Counted from the first letter of the whole stretch, positions 12,438 through 26,200 are shown. The stretch is DNA of 62,652 nucleotides, filler included, from Rhabdomonas costata (GCA_019059605.1; 44 parts of 44 records of this genome joined end to end with filler, not necessarily neighbours in it); one strand, 5' to 3'. The notes: generated by a model from the sequence alone, not told the origin. Made by a program: numbers and translations.

Positions 12438-12579
12438 CATGCTCCACGGAAGAATCGAAAATAAGGGAATGGGTTAAAGAGACGCAGGACCTTTGTGTAT
12501 GCCACACAGTAGTGGCGGTTGCGCCAGAGATCCCCTTATTTCAAATCCTGTTTTGTCGGTTTCCGACATGTATGATGAA

Positions 12580-12741
12580 GGGGAGTCCGTCCGCAGTGCG
12601 GTGCACGTTTCGCCCTCCGTCCAACTGTCACTAAAAAACAGTAAGAGGAATTCCCCTTCGTTTTCAATGCCGCATGAGGGTGTTTTTTAGTGACAGTTGG
12701 ACGGAGGGCGAAACGTGCACCGCACTGCGGACGGACTCCCC
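12580..12741. repeat. Contig-terminal inverted repeat (61-bp arms)
   Basis: 12580-12640 is the reverse complement of 12681-12741 at the contig end. Confidence 0.9.
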
Positions 12742-13610
12742 CCANNNNNNNNNNNNNNNNNNNNNNNNNNNNNNNNNNNNNNNNNNNNTTAATTAATTAA
12801 NNNNNNNNNNNNNNNNNNNNNNNNNNNNNNNNNNNNNNNNNNNNGTGTGCTGTGCGGATGCCGTTGAGGGGTCCAACTGAGGCTTCCGATGCCCGATGTG
12901 ATAGCCGCCGCATTAGCGTTGCCTCTCTCCCATCTCTTTGCGTGACTATTTATTGCTGTATGACTATTATTGTTTACTGTAACTGGCATTTTTGTTTTTG
13001 AGCGGTGACTGATCATTTGGTCAACTTCGGTGAAGTGAAGTGATGCGAATCTTGGATGACTATTGGTAAGCGGAGGCGTTTCCCGTTACCGAAATTGGCG
13101 ACTGCTCCAGTGTGGGGCACCGAGGTACGATCCAAACCACACGAGTGATCCAGGTTCGACGAAATGCTGTAGCTTGAAATTGTGGATGGTGAGCATTCGC
13201 CTGATCCGGACAAGTGGGGCGCTTCCTTGTTTGACGGGCCTGCCCACCCCTTGTCGGTTGCCCCTTTAGCAAGGTTCACTATACTTCGCTTCACACCGGA
13301 CGGAGGTGTAAGGACACCAGCAACGCAGCGTGTCAAGCCCATTGAATAAATAATGACCCCGTACAAAAGTCCCAGTCCTGCTTCGGAGGTAAAGGGACCA
13401 TTCCCCGGGGTACAGGATTCGCTCGTGTATTAGTGAAACTGTGGCTTTACACATTGACGCTGAGATGCCGGACCTCTCAGACATAGGGAGCGTGCTCGCT
13501 GTCAGATTCATCGTGGAGAGCTCTTGATTGGTGACTTCCTAGGGACCCATTTGCTGGTGCCCCTCCCATTGTTATTTTACCCCTCCCGGAATTTTTCGAG
13601 AAAAAACATA

Positions 13611-14171
13611 ATGGTGTGCCTAAGCAGCCGCGGGTGCGCAGCTTGGCTGGGGTGGATTATCTTCTTCCTCCTCACCGTGGTGTGGATCCTGAGCGTCGCC
13701 AGCACCGCCACGATTGCCTGGTACGCTTGTTTGTTGTGACTGCTCCTTCAGTGTGCACACCACTGAGGCGAGGGGCGTGGAGTTCCTTGGAACGTTTTAA
13801 AACAAGCAAACATCACTCTGTGGTGCATGGAAGGGCACTCGTTCCAGATCCTGAACAAGAATTTAGCATGGGATGCGTAAGTGTCTGCAGAAAAATTGGA
13901 TATGTTGTGAACGGCTGGGCTAAGCTAAGCCTTCCGCCCCCTCTTTCTTTTTATTGCAGCTGCTCTCCGGCCTCCATTCTTGGAAGTTGGAGGTTTGCCA
14001 TCTCTTTTTGTGCGCAGGGCCACGGCCCACAACGCTCCCGTGCGCTATGGGATCTGGAGGATGTGTCTGGACCAAGACACCAATTGCGGGGACATCACGG
14101 ACGGCCGGTTCAACAGCCTTGCCGGTGGGGGCTGCGACTCGCTGATCCGGGCGGTGCGGGCCTTCAGCATC
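13611..14171 (+). CDS. Claudin/PMP22-like (amastin-like) tetraspan membrane protein; exons 13611-13720 and 14018-14171, truncated
   Basis: GT-AG intron 13721-14017 splits a TGG codon. The spliced product reads TM1...IAW-ATAHNAPVRY-GIWRMC-LDQDTN-C...CDSLIRAVRAFSI, matching the W-GLW-C-C-R signature. Confidence 0.75.
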
Positions 14172-15698
14172 NNNNNNNNNNNNNNNNNNNNNNNNNNNNN
14201 NNNNNNNNNNNNNNNTTAATTAATTAANNNNNNNNNNNNNNNNNNNNNNNNNNNNNNNNNNNNNNNNNNNNTGTGTGTGTTCCAAACGCATATAGGTCCC
14301 AAGGACTAATATACGCACGTGGCTCTGGTCTTCCCCTGAACAGCCATGTGGACAACAAAAGACGGACTCGCCATGTGGAAAATCGCGTGATTGCAAGGTG
14401 CCGCAGATGGGTCAATAGGATCGCAAGGAATTGGTCAGCCATGTGGGACATATAGAGAGAGGCATATATCGTATGCCGTTGGACCGAGAAGGGGATGGGG
14501 TCCGGATGTGCCTGTTCAGCATTGAGGGTGGGAGAGGACCTCTCGAGTCTTCCATCAAAAACCGCCGCGGACACGTGGTGCAGCACCAGGAACTCAACGG
14601 CCTCCGCAGACATCTTTCTCTGCTTGCCAAAAAAAGAGATTTGGAGAGTCGCGGAAACCTCTGAACTGTTGCTTTGGTGTCGATCACTTGGTTTGCTCTG
14701 CCGCAGTCACCACCCGCATCCATCTGCCCCATTTCCCCCGTAGGGTTCAGAGCGCGGTATGTGGGGAGGAACGGGAGCCGGTCTCGATGGATGGTACCCC
14801 GGTCCCGGTGACCTCCACCCTGTTGCGGCCCCGGCAACCTCCACCGCAGAAGGACCTCATCGCGGCAATGGAAAAGTTGCGCGAGGTGCTCCCCCTTTTG
14901 GAGGGCTTACCAGCGGTGACGGGAGCAGGCGGGGGATAATTGTTTCTGTGTTCTGGGGCTAATAGTGGCGCTGACACGGGTCATGTCTGTGCATATTGAT
15001 TTTGGCCGCTTATATTTTAGTTCACTGCGGTAGGAAGGCTGGTTGAAAATAGCTTGAACTAAAGCGTGCGTGAAATGGATAATGAACGGGGGGTCTTTCA
15101 ATTGATGTCGACAGCTTCTACCTTTTTTTCGGGGACAGCTGCATCGCTCCCCAACCCCATGCGAGGCTAATTATGATGTCCCAGGAGACACGTACATCGC
15201 TCCCTAACCCCCTGCGAGAGGAAATAAAAGAATACCACTGAAAATGTCCTTTAGCCCTTTAGCCACTCCCGAAGCTTCAAATCATCACCGCAGAGCTCCA
15301 AGACATCATAAATAGTCATCATCCTAAAGAAGGACACATAAAGGAAAAAAGGTTCACTGCGGTAGGAGTGCCTTTCAACCTATCAATGAATTCTTGGGAT
15401 TATGCAGTTCTGTGTAGGGTCCGGGTACCACCGAAAAAAGGCAAGAACAGCAAGGTTACGTGACACTCGTGCCAGTGTCATCTGCGGGTGCGCATTCGGC
15501 ATTCGACGAAAGAGAAGGTCCGAGTGCGAGAAGAGCGCAGCTTTCGCTTTTGATGGGCACTGCCGATATCTGACAGCCCCCACCCATTCACCCAAACCNN
15601 NNNNNNNNNNNNNNNNNNNNNNNNNNNNNNNNNNNNNNNNNNTTAATTAATTAANNNNNNNNNNNNNNNNNNNNNNNNNNNNNNNNNNNNNNNNNNNN

Positions 15699-15990
15699 GT
15701 GGGTGGGTTTCAACCTCTACCGCAGAAGGGGGGATTGCCAAGGGAGAGGCCTGATGCTGATGCGCCCTCCTCCTCAGGCTACGTGCTGTGGAATTAAGCC
15801 CCTGCACTCGAAGAAGGAGAGCCTGGATATCCGACCGGGCCTTTGCGAGGCTCGCAGCAAGAGTACTCATGTCAGGGTCGGAATCCGCCGGCGGAGAGCA
15901 GGAGGGGCTCATCAGCGGAGCCATAAGAAGGACGGAAGCGGTCAACAGCAAAAGCGCGGTGACGGCGAAAAAGGACATTCCAGTAGCCAT
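15699..15990 (-). CDS. N-terminus of a signal-anchored protein with a coiled-coil stem
   Basis: MATGMSFFAVTALLLLTASVLLMAPL hydrophobic anchor, then the heptad LAASLAKARSDIQALLLRVQGL. Confidence 0.5.
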
Positions 15991-18900
15991 TTTTGCTCAA
16001 CAGAAAGACACCCAAAAACGAACGGAAATGATCACAAATGATCTTCCCCTTGCAGTTGCTGCAGAATCAGCGAAGGGGTTGCCAAACATTATGGCTAAAA
16101 ACATAGTATAGTAGTATGGAAAAAGGTATAGTACAGAAGTGTATATAGTTTAAAACACGCACCAAGAGAAATTGTAGCACAGAAGTTAACCAGAACAATC
16201 CTTTACTCTGTGTGAACGGGGAAATTCAGACCCCCTTCACAAAGCGTAAATATATTCCGTGCCGCCTCATACGTGACAGGTGAAAAAGTTCTCTCGTTTG
16301 TAGCACGGTTGCTTCTTGTGCACTCGAAACTCTAAGGTTCAGGTTGCTTCTGGGATGATACCCATGTTCTGGAGATGTGCCGGGTGACCTTTCTGTAACC
16401 CTTTTCTGCCTCTTGTTTTTGACATTGCACAGACCATATATGGTGCAGCACAAACCAAAAACGGGTGAACCACAGCGGGTGACGTGGAAACCATATCCAG
16501 CACGTATAGACGCGAAGGGCAATTAAGTCCAAGAATGTCTACAAAAGTCCAAAGTCTTTCGCAATTTGACACCAGACATCAGAGTTTGAGAAACCGCAGT
16601 AGTAAAAATATACAAAAATTGCCAATTCGTTTTGCTGCAATACTAGCTGAAGTTTCATTTTCTGCTCACAGAGAGTCATACAGCAAAGGGAATGGAAAAC
16701 AAAAAAATATGCATCGTGTACAGCGCACAGAAAAAATGCACAGTTGCGCGATTTGCTGATGGAAAAACGATTTTATGAGCCGTCATTAAGCCGGACACAT
16801 CAACACCTCCCAGATTAGTCCGCAAGGCAGCGCAGCAAATCACAGCCTCACAACGGATAGCACAGCAAGCGGTCGAACGTATAAGCATTATGCAAAAGGA
16901 TGGCGGCAAAAAAGCCTCTCCCTTCTCAGCGGGCGGCCGGGGCCGCACACGGAGCGCGTACACATCGCATGGAAAGAAAGCACAGGTTTAAACCAAACCA
17001 TTGGCTTGCCCCGCACAACCACCCNNNNNNNNNNNNNNNNNNNNNNNNNNNNNNNNNNNNNNNNNNNNTTAATTAATTAANNNNNNNNNNNNNNNNNNNN
17101 NNNNNNNNNNNNNNNNNNNNNNNNGTGTGGGTGTGTTTGGTGGGGGGTGGGGTCGGGGGAGGACCTCGGCTGGAGAGAGTGGGCTGAACTCTGGCGCTCA
17201 TGATCACAAACTGGAGACGATCGGGAAGTGCAGGCCTCGTCAGAAGACCAACCCGGAGAACCGGGTCACATCGTCAGAAGGATCGCTCACTGTAGGGAGA
17301 ACTGGCTCAGAAAGGAGGGAAACCAGAGCATATCGGCAAATGCACACAGATGAGAACTGCTCTGGGAAGGGAAAAGAGAAGAGAAGAGTCAGGGTGGGTT
17401 CAACCTCAAGCGAGTGGTGGCACCGCCGGGTGTCCCATATAAAATGTCCCAATGTAATTTTTTTATAAAATTTGTATAAAATTTGTTCAAAGCTTGGGAC
17501 TGGAGAGCAGGATTATGGGGTTGGTGGGAGGTACGTCTTTTTTCAACAGCTTGGGGGGCTTGGGAGGTACACAAAATTCAAGGTACAGTGAGGCTTGGCA
17601 TAAATGTGTACTGCTCCATAACGAAGACAAACATACGCAAACTCCCCTGCGGTGGAAGGGATTTGAGAGAGACATGGCCACTCACATCACTTCGTTGGGA
17701 TTTGTCCTCCTGCCTTCGGTGAATTCTATTTCCCGTTAAATCCTGGCTTACCATTCCGTTTCGCAAGCTATCTTGGGTACGCTACAAGCTACACACAGTA
17801 AAAAGTACACTGAAGATTCAGGGATTCGGCTCCGGTGCGCAGCAACCAGTGAGGTGTTGGCAGTCGGAAGGACTGAGATTTTGAAAAACTGCTCCCTTTC
17901 CTGCTCCAATTCACGCGTAACAGGAGTTGCACTCCAGTGTCCAGCATCCGTCATGCCCCTCATACGTCACTACAGGGATATTTACTCGCAGGGAGCCACA
18001 GCAGCACAAGCAGCACAAGAGCACACTTCTGAAATGCCCAGGCTGGAGGTGAGGCGATTCCGCGAGGGGCTTTCCCATCAGTGCAAAAGAGCAAGCGGGG
18101 CGTTCAGCTGTTCCTTTCCATCGACAGCCACAAGTTCCAGAATACAGCCCGGGCGCTGGCGTGATCCGCAGAGCCTCATTCTGCTCATCCGTCAGAGTTC
18201 ACCGTCGCTCCCAAGAGAGGCTGCGAATCGATTCCCAGGCAGAGGCCCCCAAGGAGGCAGGCTTCCTTCCCTCCCGAATCCGTTTGGGGGCACCTCGATC
18301 GGACGTCAGCATCCCCTCCCCCCTCGCCCTTAAGGGGTCAGGAGGATGTGGCGCAGCAGGAAGAGCTGCCACCATCGCATCGAGAGCTTGTCTAGGTCCC
18401 ATCGAGCCTGAGGGGAGCTTAGGAGAGGCCACTTCTGGTCCAGCAGCCCCNNNNNNNNNNNNNNNNNNNNNNNNNNNNNNNNNNNNNNNNNNNNTTAATT
18501 AATTAANNNNNNNNNNNNNNNNNNNNNNNNNNNNNNNNNNNNNNNNNNNNTTGGCTTCATTGATGTTGTGTCCGTGTATGCGCAGTGCGCGGTAGGTTAG
18601 CGTGTGGGTGTAATCTGTGATCTTGGGTATGCACGGTGTTTGTGTCTTCTTCTTCATACTGCAAAGCTGGTTGGGTGATGACGGGGGGAGTGTGAGACGG
18701 GGGCTCCTCGAATGAGTAGCTGAGCACTGTAAGCTTGGGGAGTGATGTCCACAGGTTCTGTACATTCATGTTGTTACTGAACGGTCCGCAAAATGTGCTC
18801 TGTATGAACCAGATACGCCATTTTTTCTGGGTAGTGTGGGTAGAATCTCGAAGCTTCGGGCGTAGGATCATCATACTTCGGCGTGCCAGTGGTTGGCTGT

Positions 18901-19976
18901 GGTTAGGAGATTGGTGTGGTAGCATCCAAACATCTTTCGACTTTTTGGTGACTTCACAATTCTGCTCACTACTTATTGGCGTTTATAAAACCAGAAGCAT
19001 ATGCTTTAAAACCGCTGGATCAGACAATATCTCCCAAGAAAACACACACGAAGATTGACTAATATATGGCTTTTTGGCTTATCTACTTAAAAATCCAAAC
19101 CAGAATGAATGGCCAAGAAAAGTGTCCGCCGTTTGAGTTTTGTCACGGAGGATTTGTGGACCGAAACCGTTTTCAACCACAAAATGAGAACACAAAGTCA
19201 CGGTGAAATCTGGTGTGTTCACTGAGGTGATCTTCGGAAAACCGTATGAAACCAGACGTAAATCCTGAATGAAATACCAAAGAATTACAGAGAATCACAA
19301 GATAATGGTAATACAGGATCAAAAAGACCGAATGTAATGTACTAAGGAAGTTGGTGGAGTAAAATTCGGGTTTTTGAAAATAAAATGTTGGTTCTAGTTC
19401 GGCTATGGCACCCCCACAAGCAGTTCGGCTGAGACAACCCACCTCCCCATCAGTTCGGTTGAGGCACCCCCACCCTCCCAAGAGGGAAAGTAATCATCAT
19501 CATGTTTTAGTCCCACCTTCAGTTGGATTCTGGTATTGCCTTAGCAGGGGGTAAGGAATCGATGCTTAGTGTAGAAGGCGAGTAGCGGTGGGGGGGGTGC
19601 TTCAGCCAAACTGCTGGTGGGGTGCCATAGCCGAACTATTGCCCAAAATGTCTTGTTCAAAATTATATCCAGATGCCACAAGGTCTTCTCGACAATCTTG
19701 AGCGGAACATACCCCACAAATAGTTAGGGTTGTAGAAATTTCGATGTTTCGATGTCCAAGTCCATGTCGGTCGAGGCCTTGAAGGAGTAGAGTGACACCT
19801 TGTCGACATGTATCCATATGAGTAACTCTGGGTGTTCCGAGAAGTATGGATCAAAAAACCCGAAAACAAAAAAAAANNNNNNNNNNNNNNNNNNNNNNNN
19901 NNNNNNNNNNNNNNNNNNNNTTAATTAATTAANNNNNNNNNNNNNNNNNNNNNNNNNNNNNNNNNNNNNNNNNNNN

Positions 19977-20780
19977 GGTGAAGGACCGAACGACAAAAAT
20001 GGTAGTGTTGATTCCGTGTCACGTACCATGAACGCAGCGCAGATTGCAGAGTTGTTTTGGTGGTAGATGGTGCGTTATCACGGATTGCCAAGGACCATTT
20101 TGAGTGATCTGGACTCGGTGTTCATCTCGTTGTTTTGGAAAGAGCTGATGAAGTTTCTGAACGTTCAGCTCAGGAGATCGTCGCCGTATCACCCACATAC
20201 CAACAAACAGGCATAGGGGACGAAGCAGACCTCGAAGAAGGTGTTGCAACTGTTGTTGTTGGCAAGGCCAGAGACAAAGTGGCCAGACTTGTTAGTGCTT
20301 GAAGAGACAGCGCGCCAATAGCAAACAAAGAGTATAGTTGTTTTTACTTAAACGTTGGCTACCATCCAGTCTTTTGGTTGGACTTGCCAGAGACTGAGTA
20401 GCCAGCTTGGGGATCTAAGACAGAGGCAGTACGTGTTACCATTCGAATAATGAAGTCAGAGTGGAAGGCAGTTCACGAAGCGTTTCGAAAAGAACAGGAA
20501 ATGGCCAAGCAGTATGAGAATTGTATGAGAGCGAACTACCAATTACGTGTGGGACAAGATGTCATAATCAGTCGAAGGAGGCATTATCAGGGGAATTTTG
20601 GAGTCCCAAAGGGACCGCTGATGCCGAAGGCAGTGGTACCATTTCCTACTGTCAAGCTGATCACGAAGAACACATTCGTGCTGGACATTCCAAAAGAAAT
20701 TTGAGGAAAAGCTCATCCGGTTTTTTATGCAAGTGACTTGATTCCCTACGAAACGAGAGTGTTGGATCCAGTTGGGATGC
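19977..20780 (+). mobile_element. Degenerate Ty3/Gypsy LTR-retrotransposon integrase
   Basis: DRTTKMVVLIPC...VRYHGLPRTILSDLDSVFISLFWKELM...RSSPYHPHTN core. A GPY/F-type region follows (LRVGQDV...LMPKAVVPF...TFVLDIP..HPVFYASDLIPY). Multiple stops and frameshifts. Confidence 0.9.
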
Positions 20781-21805
20781 TTCCTGAAGAGAATGACAGT
20801 GGTGGAGATGACAGAGAAGGAGGGGGACCCGAAGGAGGTGGTGATGAGACATCCGCAGGAGGACCCGTGCTAGCGGAGGATGAAGAAGTTTCCACGAGTG
20901 GACACAGAAGCTCTGGAGTGCAGAGAGTTCCTTCCAAGAGAACCGGAAGTTGACTACACAGAGCTAGAGGATCTTGAGGAGAGATCCAGTCAGTCAGATC
21001 GAACGTCAGGAGTTTCTGAATGGTCGCCGAGGTCATTGTCGAGAAATAGCCGGGAGAAAGAAACTGAAGAAAAACCAGAAGCGGGTTCAGAAAGGAAGAT
21101 GTTTTCAAAAATGCCAGTTTCATGGACAGTACACAAGGACTGGACGGAGAGTTCTATTTCTGGAAGTGAATATGGTCGAAAAAGTGGTCGATCAGTCATG
21201 TTGGACGAAGAATATTCAGAGCTGGTGCCAGACGAGCTGGATGACGAGCCGAGGGACGGTAGAGGAGCAATGGGAGAGGATTTGACTTTCCAGCCCACAC
21301 CACNNNNNNNNNNNNNNNNNNNNNNNNNNNNNNNNNNNNNNNNNNNNTTAATTAATTAANNNNNNNNNNNNNNNNNNNNNNNNNNNNNNNNNNNNNNNNN
21401 NNNGTGGGGGGTGGACTCCGAGAACTTGCCACACGTGTGAAACGATTACGACCATAGAGAAGGGAGAATACTCAATTGCAAGGGGAAATCACGATTCTAT
21501 AGACTGTTTTGTATGGAAATAAGGCGGTGGTGGCTCAGTAGGCTGAGGATCCGCCGACCGACTGTCATTGTAACTCTCACTGATTCTCGTTCCCCCTGAT
21601 TTTCCTCTTGGTGTCCCCGACATGTTGTTTAGATGTTTAGCAGATCTTTCAGCACAAGCTTTGTGGAATTGCTTCTCCGTCATTGTGGCGGTCTTTTGCT
21701 GTTCCTTAGCTGGAATGAACTTTGCAGCTTCTTCCTTTGAGATGCAGCAGCGCACGACCATGACTCCGTCCAATCCCACCTTCTTTCAGCCGTGACCTTA
21801 TCCTT

Positions 21806-21994
21806 TGCTTTCTTCCTTTGCTGTCGTACTCCCTACCCTCAGTAATGACCTCAATTGGATTCGTGTGGGACCCTTATTCTGCTGCAGGTGCACTTGTGCA
21901 TGCTTTCTTCCTTTGCTGTCGTACTCCCTACCCTCAGTAATACCTCAGTTGGATTCGTGTGGAACCGTTATTCTGCTGCAGGTGCACTTGTGCA
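21806..21994 (+). repeat. Tandem duplication, about 95-bp unit x2
   Basis: TGCTTTCTTCCTTTGCTGTCGTACTCCCTACCCTCAGTAAT...GCAGGTGCACTTGTGCA starts at 21806 and at 21901. Confidence 0.9.
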
Positions 21995-24906
21995 GGGTGA
22001 AGAGATTGTGGAGAGTGAGCCGTGGGGAAGTTTTTGACCTCTCTGATCAGGGGTCATGTCTACCCCTGCATTTGGTAGCTCCTTGTCCATCAGCCATTTT
22101 ACCTTGCTGTTCTCAGGGATAATTTACGTCGATCTGGCTCCAAAACCGCGCCGCGAGACTGTGGCAGCTCTGCCCCCGGCTACGCGGTACTTGCGTTGGG
22201 AACGCGCTGTTCTATTCTGGGGAGGTGATATTGCTGTTGTCCTGCTCACTGCTACGTAATGAAATAATTGACGTGCTGGAGTCGCTTTTCAGGAATATGT
22301 GAATGATCACCAATGGGAGACTATGGTGTTTTTAAGGACGGTCAGTAAACTTAACTGTGTTAAACGTTATTAACATTAAAACATGAAGAAAAAAACGACC
22401 CCGCCTCACCCGGCTGCTTCCTCCGCCGAGAACTTTTAGCGGTACTCACGTCACAAATCTCTGTTGTCTATCTTTGCACAGGCTTTCTTTCATTCACTTT
22501 GTGTGGTGCACCACAGTCCACCTCTGCGCTTATATAACGGTGCACTGCTGCTCAGGTGTCGGCAGTATCGCATCTCAAAACGTCCCTTTGGGTATGGAGC
22601 TAACTGATTCAGCGCCGTCAAAACCGTTAGCACCCTCCACACACACACAAATACCATTGTCCAGCACTAATCTGCCTTGTTCATGGCGTTGTCCTATTGC
22701 AGTCGCCCCGGCTCTCCCTACCCCAAAACNNNNNNNNNNNNNNNNNNNNNNNNNNNNNNNNNNNNNNNNNNNNTTAATTAATTAANNNNNNNNNNNNNNN
22801 NNNNNNNNNNNNNNNNNNNNNNNNNNNNNGTAGATGCCTCCCTACGGTCAGCATCTCCTCCTAAATGCAGCTTCGGACTTGGAATGTTGTTGTGCTATTC
22901 GCCATTAAGGCCCGCCCACGGGCGCTCGGTAGCCTCCGCAGTCAGCCCAGCAGAAGTGAGGAGGCCATCTAGGGCCGCTCGCATGTTTCATCGATTGGGT
23001 CTGTGCTGCTGTGCTCATGTATTGCAATCGCTTCGTTTTGTGGGTGATACTCGTGACGTTTTACTGTGCATGTGTTTTGCGTCGTCGTTTGAATAATCCG
23101 TGAGGAAAAGGTTGAGCGAAAGCGCGGACTTGCAGAATAGTGGAGCTAATGACCCCTTATCACGAGCTTTGCAAGGGGGAACCTGGCGTCTTGACTTCTG
23201 CGGGCTCGCTGCCTCGGGCTCTGCTTATTTTCGGGTGCGGGCTGGGGGCGACTCTGGCTACCCCCCTTTCCTCGCTTCAAGCATGCTGGGTCTTACGTAT
23301 CACTTACGCGGCAACAGCGGCAGCACACAAGCGGTCACAACCACAACGGCAACAGCTACAATCCCCACACTCTACCACCCTCTGGGTTTCGCGCCGGCTT
23401 CGCCTTCGCGCTTCTCCCCCTGCAACCTTAATGCAGCGCACAAACCAAAACAATCACAAACAGAGAAAATCAAACACCTAGACCTTCTTTCATGGTCTTC
23501 CCTTTCTGAAATCAACAAAAGGACAACTCTGACCAAAGGTCTTTGGAACGTGAAAGCAACATCATTAAATGCACTCGGATTTCATTTTTGGAAGTACTCA
23601 ACTTACACGGTTTTACGCCGATTCCAAAATTGATCCGATTGATCTGATTCCCCGCATTTTTCTGGCTCCAATGATACTTTCTTGGGCAAACCACTTTTCC
23701 ATGCAACCATTGTTGCCTGGAACCTGTTGCAACCAATGTGCCCGGTCTTTTGGGTAAAAAGCTCCTCTTTTTTTTCTTCTGTCAGTGTGATGCTGCTTGC
23801 TAGTTTCTGCTTTGTTACTTGGGATTTCATCCTCCCTTCTCTCATCCCGCGGCCAGGACCGATATTTGCAACACTTGGTTCTCTATTTCAAGATTTACTC
23901 CGTCATTCCACTTATGTAACTTCACTGCTGACGGCTTTTGCTTCTTACTTTGAGTGTCGTGCATTTCCCTTGTAACAAAACTCCCCGCTAAGCTCCGATA
24001 TCCAAGCCTCCTGTCCTGCTCGTATCGCACTGCTCTCTTCTAGGCTGGCGTACACCGCGTGGATTCGATTATCTGTACCTTCCACCTCGGTCTTACGCCT
24101 TGCTATTCTAATTTCTCAAATGTCGATTCTGCAAAGAGACTCTTCCACAAACCCCNNNNNNNNNNNNNNNNNNNNNNNNNNNNNNNNNNNNNNNNNNNNT
24201 TAATTAATTAANNNNNNNNNNNNNNNNNNNNNNNNNNNNNNNNNNNNNNNNNNNNGTGGTGGGTGTGGTTGGTGGGTTGTTGGGGCACATTTAACGATGC
24301 AACGCGGCGACAAGCAGGGGTGTGATGGTAGCTTGGTGGTTCCCCTTCGGAACGTCTAACCTCCAAGGTGTAGACACTTCAGTCACGCTGCAGAAACACG
24401 GCGCCTCTGCCCCAAACTCCAACACCAGCGATAGCCGGTTGTCAATGTGTTGGTCTTTCCAGGTCTGCATTTTGGGACTCCTCGATCTCCAACAAAGACG
24501 CCCACACAAAAAACAGGACCACCGCGAAGCGTGGGTGTCGCACAGAGTGTCGCACGCGTCGCATGTGAGCCATTAGGAGCCAAACCCCGAAGGGCAGGCC
24601 CGAAAGGCGCTCGGCTTCTGCGAAGCGAGTCACCGCATAAACACAAACACAGAACAAAGGCTTCACATCAAGCAACCCCTCCTTCGCTTCGTTTCGCTTC
24701 GCTTCCACAGTGGGTGGGCCAGGGAACCCAACGCTCTGCGGAGGAAGACGGTATTCAGATCTAAAAGCGAACATCCCGAAACACTCACAACTAAACAAAC
24801 AGCTCACAAGCACAGACAAAAATGACACGCTCCACCCATCTTCACGCACACTCTGCATCCAGGAAGAGAAGAGGTGGCAGTGGTGAGGTTCTTCCCTGAA
24901 TGCGCC

Positions 24907-25120
24907 TTACAGGGTGGTCGGCATCACCCCCATAGGGGAGTACGCCGTGCTGGCCATGGCCATGGGCATGGCCGCGGCCATCAGGGGTGCCGCAGGGCAC
25001 ATGGGCTCGGGCGCGGGCTTGGGCAGAGAGATGCAGTACAGGTACACGAAGGCGGCAATCACGGCCAGCACGGGGATCGCCAGCAGCACCAGCAGGATCA
25101 GAAGGTCAGGGTTGCTGCCA
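24907..25120 (-). CDS. Terminal exon of a type I membrane protein (TM helix plus Pro/Ala/Met tail)
   Basis: CTACAG acceptor, then NPDLLILLVLLAIPVLAVIAAFVYLYC...MPTTL*. GC3-rich. Confidence 0.65.
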
Positions 25121-25681
25121 CTGTAGGTGTACAGGGATGTGGCTCTCTACTCCCGCACCCCTCGTCAAAAACCCACCGCCCTCCCAAATCCCGACTCTGC
25201 TTGTTCCTTGCCCTGCAGCGCCAGCAGTTTGCGCTTCCCAAGGTAAAACAAGGGTGTCCTTTCCTCCCACCCTCTTACACAGGATGCATGACCCGGACCC
25301 AACTAGCCTTCATTTTCATTTCACGAAACGTACACTTGGCAGTGCCAAAACGCGAACAGTTTTGCCCACTTAATAGCGATTTGAAGGGTGTGAACATTGG
25401 AGCGTTTTTTCCCCACAAACTTTTTTCCCTTTGCGTGGTATCTGAACAGCATGGTTGGGGGAGTAGAGTTTGTCTTGCCAGCTCCCCGTTTCCCACTGAG
25501 CGTCACAGTAAAAATTGATTCGGTTCATGCAATAAAAATATCCACGGCCACCACCATCACCCAAACAACAGAGAGCGCCCCNNNNNNNNNNNNNNNNNNN
25601 NNNNNNNNNNNNNNNNNNNNNNNNNTTAATTAATTAANNNNNNNNNNNNNNNNNNNNNNNNNNNNNNNNNNNNNNNNNNNN

Positions 25682-26200
25682 GTTTCAAGGAGACCCACTG
25701 TCGCACCCACTCTTCTGTATTGCCCTGGCGCCCATTCTCCGTGGACCCGGCCTGGAAGGAGCGGGCCGGGACCCATGTTACATGGACGACTGGGTGCTCA
25801 GAACTGCTCCCCACGATCGGCCTGGCGGCTGACCTGGTTGAAGGCGTTGCGAAGATCCACCTTGCACGGCATAGGGGTCCGGAGGTCGTTGGCCCATGCG
25901 CGTACCGCGTAGATCGCTTTCTGGGCTCCATTAGACCCCGGCGTGAAGCCCAGCTGAATCTCGGGGGGAGAGCAATTTGCTCCCCCCGCGTGATGAAGCA
26001 CAAAGTGTGATACTAGCAAGGGCAGCGTCTCGAGCGCAACAGGGGGCCGAATGCCCTCGTCCTTCTTTCGCAAAGGTGCCAGCCGGCCAGCTCCAAACCA
26101 TGGCGCGGGCCAGAAACCGCCAGCGGCCTTTGCGATAAAGGAAGGGCAGAAGAGGGAGTGCTTGGCGGGGGAAACATTGAAAGGGAGGCCGCAGGTCTCG
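25682..26200 (-). mobile_element. Decayed non-LTR retrotransposon RT, CRE/SLACS/CZAR-like
   Basis: APWFGAGRLAPLRKKDEGIRP..ETL..LVS, QLGF..G..GAQKAIYAVR, KVDLRNAFNQVSR and a degraded EEWVRQWVSL (consensus GVRQGDPL). Confidence 0.82.

Noticed and set aside
17125-17160. G/T-rich contig ends as telomeric repeats
   Set aside because: No fixed repeat unit; irregular G/T strings fit degenerate amplification primers.
18557-18925. Possible decayed LINE endonuclease
   Set aside because: No convincing GDFN or SDH motif.
21404-21800. Possible gag-pol linker of an LTR element
   Set aside because: Only vague compositional similarity; no protease or RT motif.
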